From assembly GCA_029936815.1 (NCBI GenBank), contig JAPYRX010000004.1, forward strand, positions 20,423 through 84,422: a DNA stretch of 64,000 bases. The letters run 5' to 3'. This stretch comes from Dehalococcoidia bacterium. Lineage in GTDB: Bacteria > Chloroflexota > Dehalococcoidia > Lucifugimonadales > GCA-002694895. Below are positions 39,810 through 48,596 of this stretch, in pieces. Numbering within the stretch: the first letter of the stretch is position 1; each line of letters opens with the position of its first letter. Position numbers and translations under genes: made by a program. The notes beneath the pieces were generated by a model that worked only from the letters and a program-made list of their open reading frames with translations, searched no databases and was not told where the DNA came from.

Positions 39810-40600
39810 ACGATGAATATAACTACAATAAACTTTTTGACTTAACAGGTAAAACTATAATAGTAATTGGTGCTGCTAACGGAATTGGAATGGAATCTTC
39901 AAAAGCAATTGCCGCACATAATGCGAATTTAATTTGTGCTGATATAAATTTTGATAAAACAAAATTATTGGCGACTAAATTATCTGATTTATATGATTCT
40001 AAAATCATATCCCATCAAATTGATATAACTGACAGAAATCAAATAGTTGATCTTATAAACTCAGTTGATACGCTAGATGGAATCGTATGTACTCCATCTA
40101 TAAATGTACGAAAATTAATTAAAGATTATACAGAATCTGATTTCGATAAAGTTTTAAATTTAAATTTGAAATCTACTTTCAATGTATTACAATTGGCTGC
40201 AAATAAAATGATTCCAAATAATAAAGGTAGTATTATTGCGTTTTCAAGTATTAGAGGCACAGTTGTAGAACCAGGGCAATCAGTATATGCAGCATCTAAA
40301 GCTGCTACAGAAAAAATTATAAATACTCTTGCCTCAGAAATTGGTGAATACAATGTAAGAGCCAACACAATTTCTCCAGGCCCTGTGAAAACTGATCTGA
40401 CAAATCAATTAAGATCAGATAAAAAATGGAATAATGCATATACAAATAAACCAGCATTAAAAAGATGGGCCGAACCATATGAATTAGCTGGTGGAATAGT
40501 TTATCTTTTATCAGATGCGTCTTCTTATGTTACGGGCAGTAATTTAAGAATTGATGGTGGTTGGACTTCGCACGATGGAAGATTTGATCCTAAAATATAG
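39806..40600 (+). CDS. SDR-family oxidoreductase
   Basis: GAANGIG and SSIRG...YAASKAA (the catalytic YxxxK) are present, plus the C-terminal YVTGSNLRIDGG. Confidence 0.85.
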   Translation: MNDEYNYNKLFDLTGKTIIVIGAANGIGMESSKAIAAHNANLICADINFDKTKLLATKLSDLYDSKIISHQIDITDRNQIVDLINSVDTLDGIVCTPSINVRKLIKDYTESDFDKVLNLNLKSTFNVLQLAANKMIPNNKGSIIAFSSIRGTVVEPGQSVYAASKAATEKIINTLASEIGEYNVRANTISPGPVKTDLTNQLRSDKKWNNAYTNKPALKRWAEPYELAGGIVYLLSDASSYVTGSNLRIDGGWTSHDGRFDPKI

Positions 40601-40607
40601 AGGTTTT

Positions 40608-41750
40608 ATGAAACAATTAAAAATCGGTTTTTTTGTAAATCCTGTCTCTGGAGTTGGAGGCCCATTAGGACTTAAAGGTTCTGATTCAGAAAATATATGG
40701 TCATATATTAATTCTGTTTCTGAATTATCATCTTTTCACCGAACATCTGATATGTTAGACAGAATTGATAGTAAGATATTTGATAAATTTACATTAATTA
40801 CATCTTCGGGCTATTTAGGTGAATATGTTATTAAGGACAAAAATTATGATTATGATATTGTTTATACACCTGAAATTAATCAAACCACTAAAAATGATAC
40901 TGTAAATTTATTACATAAATTTATCGAACACAATGTAGATTTAATTTTATATGCTGGAGGAGACGGGACTAGTGTTGTTGTTCAAAGTGTTATTAAAGAT
41001 ACAATACCTGTGATTGCTATTCCAGTTGGAGTTAAAATGTACTCAGGAATTTTCCCTCTTAGTCCTATTCATTCCGCAAATATTTTTAATGAATATATTA
41101 ATTCTTCAAATCGTGAATATATTTTAAGAGAAATATCTGATTTGGATGACACCTTAATATCTGAAGGACAACCAGGCACAAAATTTACGGGTTATTTGAA
41201 GACGCCATTGAATACCAATTTAGATTCAACATTACAAGAATCCAAAGGTGGAAGCATAGCTAGCGAAAAAGATGAATTAGAAAATTTGATTGAAGATTTC
41301 AACGATAAATATGATATGGATTCAGTCTATTTAATGGGTCCAGGGTCAACAATCAATAGTATTACAACTTCTAGAAATTTACCTGGGACATTACTTGGAT
41401 TTGATATCTTACACAAAAATAAAATAATTAAAAATGATTGTTCGGAAAATGATATATTTAAATATATAAACCATCATAAAAACAACATTTATTTAGTTGT
41501 TACAATTATAGGTAATCAAGGATTTTTATTTGGTAGAGGAAATCAACAAATAAGTCCACGAATCCTAGATTTGATCGACAATAATAACATTCTTATTTAC
41601 GCTACAAAATCAAAACTAGACTCCCTAGAATCTGATATTCTTATAGACATAGGTAACCGTGACACAAATAATCGGTTTGGTAAATATATTAATGTTATAA
41701 GCGGTTATAAATTTAGTGAATTAAAAAAGTGTAAATCAGTTTATTTTTAA
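40608..41750 (+). CDS. ATP-NAD kinase-fold protein (COG3199/AcoX-like)
   Basis: KIGFFVNPVSGVGGPLGLKGSD is at the N-terminus and a GGDGT motif (YAGGDGTS) is present. I prefer the ATG at 40608, which follows GAGG, over the track start at 40551, which lies inside the SDR gene. Confidence 0.6.
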   Translation: MKQLKIGFFVNPVSGVGGPLGLKGSDSENIWSYINSVSELSSFHRTSDMLDRIDSKIFDKFTLITSSGYLGEYVIKDKNYDYDIVYTPEINQTTKNDTVNLLHKFIEHNVDLILYAGGDGTSVVVQSVIKDTIPVIAIPVGVKMYSGIFPLSPIHSANIFNEYINSSNREYILREISDLDDTLISEGQPGTKFTGYLKTPLNTNLDSTLQESKGGSIASEKDELENLIEDFNDKYDMDSVYLMGPGSTINSITTSRNLPGTLLGFDILHKNKIIKNDCSENDIFKYINHHKNNIYLVVTIIGNQGFLFGRGNQQISPRILDLIDNNNILIYATKSKLDSLESDILIDIGNRDTNNRFGKYINVISGYKFSELKKCKSVYF

Positions 41751-42685
41751 TTTCCTAGAATTTCATTTACTTCATTTACTTCTATTTTTGACAATTTCCA
41801 TTTATGAGTTCGTGCATTTGAAACAACTTGCTCTTGCTTCGTTGCTCCAGCTATTACTGAACTCACTAGAGGATTTGCTAATAACCACGCAAATGCCAAA
41901 TCTAAAAGAGATTTATTCCTAGCTTTTGCAAAAATTTCTAATCTTTCTAATATAGAATAGGTTTCACTAGTTAGAATTTCATCCGCTCTTTCTTTATTTT
42001 CACTTAATCTTGTTCCTTCTGGCATATTTTCACCACGTTTGTATTTACCTGTAAGTACACCACTTGCTAATGGGAAATAAGGTAATATTCCAACATTGTA
42101 ATATTCACAAGCTGGAATTAATTCTTTTTCAATGTCTCTATTAAGCAAACTATATTCAGGTTGTACAGTAATAAATTTCTCCATATTTAAAGATTTTGCA
42201 ATTTCTTGGGACATAGAGAGTTGCCATGAAGTGAAATTTGAACAACCTATATAACGTACTTTTCCACTATCAATCAAATAATTCAAAGTTCTTAGAGTTT
42301 CTTCTATTGGAGTAGAATTGTCCCAAAAATGAATTTGATATAAATCTATATAATCTGTCTGTAATCTTTTAAGACTATTTTCTACCTCTCTTATGATATG
42401 AATTTTTCCTGCTCCCATATCATTTGGTCTATCTCCAATTTTTGAATATACCTTAGTTGCAAGTATAATATCTGATCTTTTGTTTTTTATTGCATTACCA
42501 ATATATTCTTCTGATAAAGTATCTCCATAACTATTACTTGTATCTAAAAAATTTATACCTTCATCTAGAGCAGTGTCAATAACTTTTTTTGTTTCAGAGG
42601 TATTTAATCTTCTTCCAAAATTATTTGTACCTAATCCAATTACAGAAACTTTTGTTCCTGACGATCCTAAATTTCTATATTCCAT
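41747..42685 (-). CDS. Aldo/keto reductase
   Basis: GLGTNNFG, FLDTSNSYG, DLYQIHFWD, IGCSNF and the C-terminal VIAGATK are present. Confidence 0.9.
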   Translation of the reverse strand: MEYRNLGSSGTKVSVIGLGTNNFGRRLNTSETKKVIDTALDEGINFLDTSNSYGDTLSEEYIGNAIKNKRSDIILATKVYSKIGDRPNDMGAGKIHIIREVENSLKRLQTDYIDLYQIHFWDNSTPIEETLRTLNYLIDSGKVRYIGCSNFTSWQLSMSQEIAKSLNMEKFITVQPEYSLLNRDIEKELIPACEYYNVGILPYFPLASGVLTGKYKRGENMPEGTRLSENKERADEILTSETYSILERLEIFAKARNKSLLDLAFAWLLANPLVSSVIAGATKQEQVVSNARTHKWKLSKIEVNEVNEILGN

Positions 42686-42695
42686 TATTCTACCT

Positions 42696-44618
42696 TTAGT
42701 TCAAATGTTTATTAAAAAAATTAACAGCTCTTGTCCAAAAATCTATTACCAACTTTGGAGGAGAACCACCTAGCATGCCATGATTACCACCGGGATATCT
42801 GATTAATTGAACATCATTCCCCATTCTTTTCAAGGTTACAAAATATTGTTCAGCTTGTTCTATAGGACATCTGTAATCTCGATCTCCAACTAAGATAATT
42901 GCCGGTGTTTTGACATTTTTAACATAAGTAAGTGGTGAATTGAATTGGTATTTTTCTATACTATCATATCTTAAGCCTCCCCATTGCTCTTCGCCAAATT
43001 TGATTCCTATATCTGAGGTACCTGACATTGAATTTAAATTTATACAGGGTGCTCCTATGACAGCAGCTTTAAATTTGTTTGTATGACCAATAATCCAAGA
43101 TGACATGAATCCGCCATAGCTATAACCATAAAGTCCAATTCTATCATTATCAATATATTTTTCTTCAGACAATTTGTTTACTGATTCTAATATATCTAAA
43201 TAATCTTCGCCGCCCCAATCATTATTTACTTCCATTCCAAAATCAGATCCATACGATGATGATCCACGTGGATTTACGGCTATTACTATAAATCCAGATT
43301 TAGTAAAAATTTCTTGATTTACAGCAATCTGATCTTCAAATCTGCCATGTGGTCCACCATGTATATCAACTATTAAAGGATAAGAATTGTTTTCATTGAA
43401 ATTAGAAGGATAATACACTCGAGATTCTATTTCATATTTATTTCGTTCTATAGTAATTTTTTTCATTAAGGAAGGTGAGTTTTCTTTGAAAAAAATTTTG
43501 TTTGGAGCAACTAATTCAATTGTTTTATTATTTGATTTGTCTAACATTTTAATTACATCATGACTATTTCTATTGTTTTCTATAAAAAATGTTTTAGAAT
43601 TAGAATCAAATATTTGAATAATTTTAGATTGATTTTCGTAAATTGAAGATTCATTTGTATTAGATAATTCAATGATTGCAGAAACTCCTTTTGAAGTAAC
43701 AGAAATTCTCAATGAATCATCTATAAATTTGAGATTAGATTGATCATTGTAAGCAGCGCCAGATGAATTTAAATTTGATATTGATTTATTGCTTACATTG
43801 ACTGAATACAATGACGAGTTTCTAGTGTCTCCTTCTTTATTGTCTGAAGTACCTATCACATATATTATTTCATCTGAGAGAGACCATGTTATTGAACCTA
43901 CGTTATTGAAAGAAGTAGATAGATGTGATCTGTTGTTAGTATTCATATTATATAGATGGAGGTTTTGTCTCCAATGATCATCTCTTGTAGGTCCTTCATC
44001 AGAAACAAATGCCAAAAACCTTCCGTCATTAGAAAACACAGGATGCGTGTCATCCCCACCAGTGTTTTCAATATTCAATGATTTTTTGCTTGTTAGTGAA
44101 TAAATGTCTATTTGATTTAAATCATCACCCAACCAACCTATAACGTCTTGTCTATATCTTATTCTATTTACCACATATGGTTCAGATTCATCGTCTCTTT
44201 CTTTTACATATCTAAATGTATATGCAATTTTGTTTGAATCAGAGTTCCAATTAAAAGATCCAGTCGAATCATATGCTGTTATGATTGTTTTATCATTTGT
44301 TGTAATTTGAATATCTTCATTTGTTTTTATATTTTTTATGTGTAACGAATTAAGAGTGATTTTGTCATTAATCTTACTTTTTTTAATGTATGCTAAATTT
44401 TCACCGTTTGGTGATATTTTAGGGATGGAATTATGTTCACCATCTATAGATAAAGATGTTTTATTATTATTCATATCTAATTCGTAAATATGAGACAATC
44501 TATTGTTTTTATTTGCGTCAATGCTATTTTGTTGATAAAACAATTTGTTGTTAATCTCATCGTATGAAATCCAAGAAATGTTTTTCAAGTCATTTATGTA
44601 ATTACTAATTATTTGCAT
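42696..44618 (-). CDS. S9-family serine peptidase (beta-propeller plus prolyl oligopeptidase/acylaminoacyl-peptidase catalytic domain)
   Basis: TolB-like propeller repeats occupy the N-terminal 380 aa. The nucleophile is GYSYGG, with later D (GDRDYRCP) and H (GGNHGM). No signal peptide is seen. Confidence 0.85.
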   Translation of the reverse strand: MQIISNYINDLKNISWISYDEINNKLFYQQNSIDANKNNRLSHIYELDMNNNKTSLSIDGEHNSIPKISPNGENLAYIKKSKINDKITLNSLHIKNIKTNEDIQITTNDKTIITAYDSTGSFNWNSDSNKIAYTFRYVKERDDESEPYVVNRIRYRQDVIGWLGDDLNQIDIYSLTSKKSLNIENTGGDDTHPVFSNDGRFLAFVSDEGPTRDDHWRQNLHLYNMNTNNRSHLSTSFNNVGSITWSLSDEIIYVIGTSDNKEGDTRNSSLYSVNVSNKSISNLNSSGAAYNDQSNLKFIDDSLRISVTSKGVSAIIELSNTNESSIYENQSKIIQIFDSNSKTFFIENNRNSHDVIKMLDKSNNKTIELVAPNKIFFKENSPSLMKKITIERNKYEIESRVYYPSNFNENNSYPLIVDIHGGPHGRFEDQIAVNQEIFTKSGFIVIAVNPRGSSSYGSDFGMEVNNDWGGEDYLDILESVNKLSEEKYIDNDRIGLYGYSYGGFMSSWIIGHTNKFKAAVIGAPCINLNSMSGTSDIGIKFGEEQWGGLRYDSIEKYQFNSPLTYVKNVKTPAIILVGDRDYRCPIEQAEQYFVTLKRMGNDVQLIRYPGGNHGMLGGSPPKLVIDFWTRAVNFFNKHLN

Positions 44619-44638
44619 TTATTAATCCTTTAATTTAT

Positions 44639-45058
44639 TTAAATTTCATATATTACAGGTTGTATACCTTCTTCTATAGCTCTTCTACCTAATTCTGGTA
44701 AATTTGTAGTATCTTTGATTGTTGCAAAATGATTTCCAGGATGTAGTCCTGCTTTACTTGCAAATACTACATGATCATATGGAATCAATAATTCTTTCAT
44801 TGATTCAAAACCAGGATAAAACATTAATTCACCTCTTGAAAAATGTATTGTGTTATTTTCAAATGGAACATCTTCAACCTCAATTTCTCCTAAATCTGAG
44901 AACACTCCAAATCCACTCCATTTGACGTGTACTAAATTAATTTCTAAAGGCATAAAGTTAATTAAAGCTTGGCAGGTTTTGGGTGCTAAATCCCAAAATA
45001 ATTCTGCTTCAAATTTTAAATCATTACTTGATATTCTCATTATTTTTTTGTTACTCAT
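44639..45058 (-). CDS. Small cyclophilin-like/DUF3830-like protein (tentative)
   Basis: 139 aa. The pattern FEAELFWDLAPKTCQAL...VHVKWSG resembles my recollection of the DUF3830 family. It lies 20 nt upstream of the S9 peptidase on the same strand. Confidence 0.4.
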   Translation of the reverse strand: MSNKKIMRISSNDLKFEAELFWDLAPKTCQALINFMPLEINLVHVKWSGFGVFSDLGEIEVEDVPFENNTIHFSRGELMFYPGFESMKELLIPYDHVVFASKAGLHPGNHFATIKDTTNLPELGRRAIEEGIQPVIYEI

Positions 45059-45101
45059 AATTACACCTCGCTAATAATTGTTTTATAGTATAATAATTAA
45101 C

Positions 45102-46328
45102 ATGAATGAGTCTATAATAAAATCCAAATTATCTAAATCAGCTTTAAATATTGGAGCCGGATCTCCAACGGATGCTGGTTTAAGTTTTAAAGGGAATTCA
45201 TCTCATACTAATCCTATACAACTCGCAGGTGGTATTCCAGATGAACCAAGTTTACCCATCAATGAATTTACAAATATGTTAAATATTGCTTCTAAAGAAC
45301 AATCTGCAGGAAGTTACAACTATGGTGGTTGGCTTGGATACGAAGGTCTTAGAGAAAATCTGGCTGTAAGGCAATCTAAATTTGACAAAAAAAATCTAAC
45401 TCTTGAAAATTTTATAATTCATAACGGAAGTTCTGGTGCATTAGAAAATGTTTGTAGAACTTTATTAGATCCTGATGATGTTGTTATTGTAGAACAACCA
45501 TCTTACTCTGGAACTGTTCGTGCTATACGAGGATTTAATTGCGATGTTGTAGAAGTTGAAATGGATGAAAATGGAATTGATATAGCTAAATTAAAACTAA
45601 CAATTGAAGATTTGAAAATCAAAGGTAAAAATATCAAATTTATTTATACAATCCCAGATTTTCATAATCCAACAGGCTTTTTAACTTCTGATGAAGTTAA
45701 AAATGAATTATGCAATATTGCCGAAAAAGAAGACATATTATTAGTAGAAGATGCAACATATTCTGAAATATATTTTGAAGACAAACAACCAACTCCTCTT
45801 TTTTCTTTAGACAACAATGACAGAGTTATCAAATTGGGAACTTTTAGTAAGATAATATCAACTGGGATTAGAGTAGGGTGGATTCAAGCACATAAGGATT
45901 TAATAAAAGCATTTTCTATCACAAGATTTGATATGGGTAATAGTCCTTTAATTCAGAGAGCACTTAGTTTATATATGTCCGAAGGTTTTATAGATCCACA
46001 CGTTGATATTGTTAGAAATATATATAAAAAGAAAATGGAAACACTAACGTCTAATTTAATTAAAAATTGTGAACCATATGTTGAATTTTACAAACCTAAA
46101 GGTGGCTTTTTTCTTTGGGTACGAATTAAAGGTGTTTCAAACAAAGAATTAACAAAAGAAGCATCTATAGACGGAGTATTGTTTCCTACAGGATCTTTGT
46201 TTTATGCTGACAGAGATGAATCAAAATGGACAACTCATGTAAGAATGGCATTTAGCAAATCTTCTGTTGATGAACTTGTTGAATCTACAGAAAGATTGAA
46301 AGATACTTTTTTAAGAATTGTAGATTGA
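45102..46328 (+). CDS. Class I/II PLP aminotransferase (2-aminoadipate/aromatic aminotransferase-like, MocR-type catalytic domain without HTH)
   Basis: The PLP lysine motif is TFSKIISTGIRVGW. IPDFHNPTG and the C-terminal RMAFS are present. The ATG at 45102 is preferred over the TTG at 45078. It ends in TGA. Confidence 0.8.
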   Translation: MNESIIKSKLSKSALNIGAGSPTDAGLSFKGNSSHTNPIQLAGGIPDEPSLPINEFTNMLNIASKEQSAGSYNYGGWLGYEGLRENLAVRQSKFDKKNLTLENFIIHNGSSGALENVCRTLLDPDDVVIVEQPSYSGTVRAIRGFNCDVVEVEMDENGIDIAKLKLTIEDLKIKGKNIKFIYTIPDFHNPTGFLTSDEVKNELCNIAEKEDILLVEDATYSEIYFEDKQPTPLFSLDNNDRVIKLGTFSKIISTGIRVGWIQAHKDLIKAFSITRFDMGNSPLIQRALSLYMSEGFIDPHVDIVRNIYKKKMETLTSNLIKNCEPYVEFYKPKGGFFLWVRIKGVSNKELTKEASIDGVLFPTGSLFYADRDESKWTTHVRMAFSKSSVDELVESTERLKDTFLRIVD

Positions 46329-46330
46329 AA

Positions 46331-47439
46331 TTAATTTGGAAATATAATAATTCCTCTTCCATCTTGTCCTTTAATTAAATCATCAAACACTTTGTTGATT
46401 TAATCTAATTTATATGTTCTTTCTATTAAACCTCTTATATCTATTTCACCTTTTTGATAATGTTTGATTACTTGATTAAAGCTTTCATGTGGTGAAATAG
46501 AACTATAAAAACTTCCGACTAATGTTTTTTGATTCCTGCATAAATCAATCATATCAACATTTACAGTATCTCCTGTTGATGATAAACCTACTATTACAGT
46601 TGTATCTTTTCGTTTTGTTGAATTTATTGCTTGATTAGTGACAGTCCCTCTTCCAAATGTATCTAGTGCCATATCTGCACCAGTATCTGTGATTTTTTTG
46701 ATTTCTTCTATTGGGTCCACTTTTGAAGAATTTATAGAATGTGTTGCACCGAATTTCATTGCGAATTCTAATTTGTGATCCATTATATCTACAGCTATAA
46801 TTTTATTGCTGTTTAATATTTTCGCACCCATTATTGCACTTAGTCCAACACCTCCTAATCCAAAAACAACGATATCAAGACCTGGTTTAGAAATTTCCTG
46901 ATTAATTACAGCACCAGTAGAAACACAACAGCCAATAAGAGCAGCTACATCTAAAGGAATATCGTCTGGAATTTTATATAATGACTGCTGTGGACAAATA
47001 AGATATTCAGAAAACAATCCCAATTTTTGCATTTGATGAATTTGTTCTTTATTATTATTTAATCTTAGTGTTCCATCATACTGTTTTGCCCCCAAATTTA
47101 AACTTGTTGTACATAAATTAATGTAACCACTAAGGCAATAAGTACAATTATTACAATCTGATATAAATGCGCAAATAACTCTGTCGCCTGGTATGAAATC
47201 AATTACTTCTGGACCATTGATTCCACAATTCCTGAACCATCATGATCTAATACAACGGGCATTGGCATAGGAAGATCTCCAACCATATAATGTAAATCGG
47301 ATGCACAAATTCCTGCTACGGAAACTTTAATTCGCACTTCATCATGTTTTGGTTCTTCCTGATTTAGAGTTTCTATTTGTAGAGGTTCATTAGATTTATA
47401 AAGAATAGCTGATTTTGTCTGGAACATATTAATCTGCAA
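46331..47439 (-). pseudogene. Zn-dependent alcohol dehydrogenase (class III/MDR-like) inactivated by a 1-nt deletion and an in-frame TAA
   Basis: Frame A reads ...GICASDLHYM...VLDHDGSGIVESMVQK-stop (stop at 47205..47203). Frame B continues G-PEVIDFIPGDRVICAFISDCNNCTYCLSGYINLC...VFGLGGVGLS...ERTYKLD. A TAA at 46402..46400 is followed in frame by INKVFDDLIKGQDGRGIIIFPN-stop (46333..46331). Repairing one base gives a 369-codon ADH. Confidence 0.75.
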
Positions 47440-48271
47440 TATTTATGAATTTATAATAAACTTTATTTTTATCAATATGTACTTCATAGTATCCAGATGG
47501 ATCATTCCCTAATGGGACTCCAACACTAGAAACAGAAATATTAAAAATATTTTGAAATTTAACAACTCTATTTTTATGTATATGCCCAGAAAATATATAT
47601 ACTTCATTCTGATGTTTTGTTAAAAGCTGGACAATAGTATTTCTTATATCTTTGTTAATATTCCATCCATTCAAATCTTCATCAATATTTTTATAAAACA
47701 ATGAATGATGCATAAATATAAATAATTTTTGTTCATAATTAATTAATGAATTTTTTAGTAAATCAATTTGATTTATACAATCTGATAAAAGGTTTTGATT
47801 ATTACGTAGAATTGTAGAATTTAAAAATAAAAATTTATATTTTAGATGTTTTTTTTCATAATAGTCTAATCCGAATCTTTTATTGTAAATAGATTTGGAT
47901 TTAAGGTCAGGTGGTTCATTCATGTCATGGTTACCTGGAATCAAATAGATATTATCCTTGTATTTACTTTCACTTATTAAACTACTGAATTTGAGATATT
48001 GATCTTCTGAATTATAATCGTTGATTAAATCTCCTAAGATTGTCATGAATGTGTATTCGTTATTATCAAATGAGGTGATTATTTTATCAAGATTATTTAT
48101 CTCATAATCATAGGATTTCGATGGTTTCATATTTTTGAAATCAAATTGACCAAGTATTTTTGAATTCCATCTTTTAGCAAGTGCGTCATTTGTAGTTTCA
48201 CTAAATTTGGAATATAAACCTAACTGTGTATCTGCTGCTACCAAAAATTTCATAACAATTATGAACTCCAA
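47429..48271 (-). CDS. Calcineurin-like metallophosphoesterase
   Basis: The motifs appear in order: VAADTQLG, GDLIND, GNHD, HH, GHIH. An alternative start is the M at 48253. The 3' end overlaps the ADH pseudogene start by 11 nt. Confidence 0.7.
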   Translation of the reverse strand: MEFIIVMKFLVAADTQLGLYSKFSETTNDALAKRWNSKILGQFDFKNMKPSKSYDYEINNLDKIITSFDNNEYTFMTILGDLINDYNSEDQYLKFSSLISESKYKDNIYLIPGNHDMNEPPDLKSKSIYNKRFGLDYYEKKHLKYKFLFLNSTILRNNQNLLSDCINQIDLLKNSLINYEQKLFIFMHHSLFYKNIDEDLNGWNINKDIRNTIVQLLTKHQNEVYIFSGHIHKNRVVKFQNIFNISVSSVGVPLGNDPSGYYEVHIDKNKVYYKFINIAD

Positions 48272-48332
48272 ATATATTGTATTTGTCGTATTTAAAGTTT
48301 AGCATTTCATTAAAATTAAAGTAAGGATATAT

Positions 48333-48548
48333 ATGTTAGATTTCGAATTTGATCGACCCAAGTATAGAGTTATTGCTATAGGACCAATGTATGATGATGA
48401 TGACTATCCGGAAGAGAGATTTGACAAAAAACTAGAACACTTACTTAATTGTGGTGATGATGCTGGTTATTCTTTAGATAAATTGATTACAGCAGATTTT
48501 CCTGAAGGCCCTTTTGGATACGCTATTTTGCAGAAAGAATCTGTCTAA
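48333..48548 (+). CDS. Hypothetical acidic 71-aa protein
   Basis: The ORF is preceded by AAGGA. It contains an Asp-rich run (PMYDDDDYPEE). No motif recognised. Confidence 0.4.
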   Translation: MLDFEFDRPKYRVIAIGPMYDDDDYPEERFDKKLEHLLNCGDDAGYSLDKLITADFPEGPFGYAILQKESV

Positions 48549-48596
48549 AATTATTTCTTTTTGTTATATTAATTATACAAATTTATAATTAATATA

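Noticed and set aside
47203-47220. Programmed ribosomal frameshift in the split alcohol dehydrogenase.
   Set aside because: I see no slippery heptamer. The same gene carries a second, unrelated lesion (the in-frame TAA at 46400..46402) and a degraded zinc-ligand motif. Decay is the simpler explanation.
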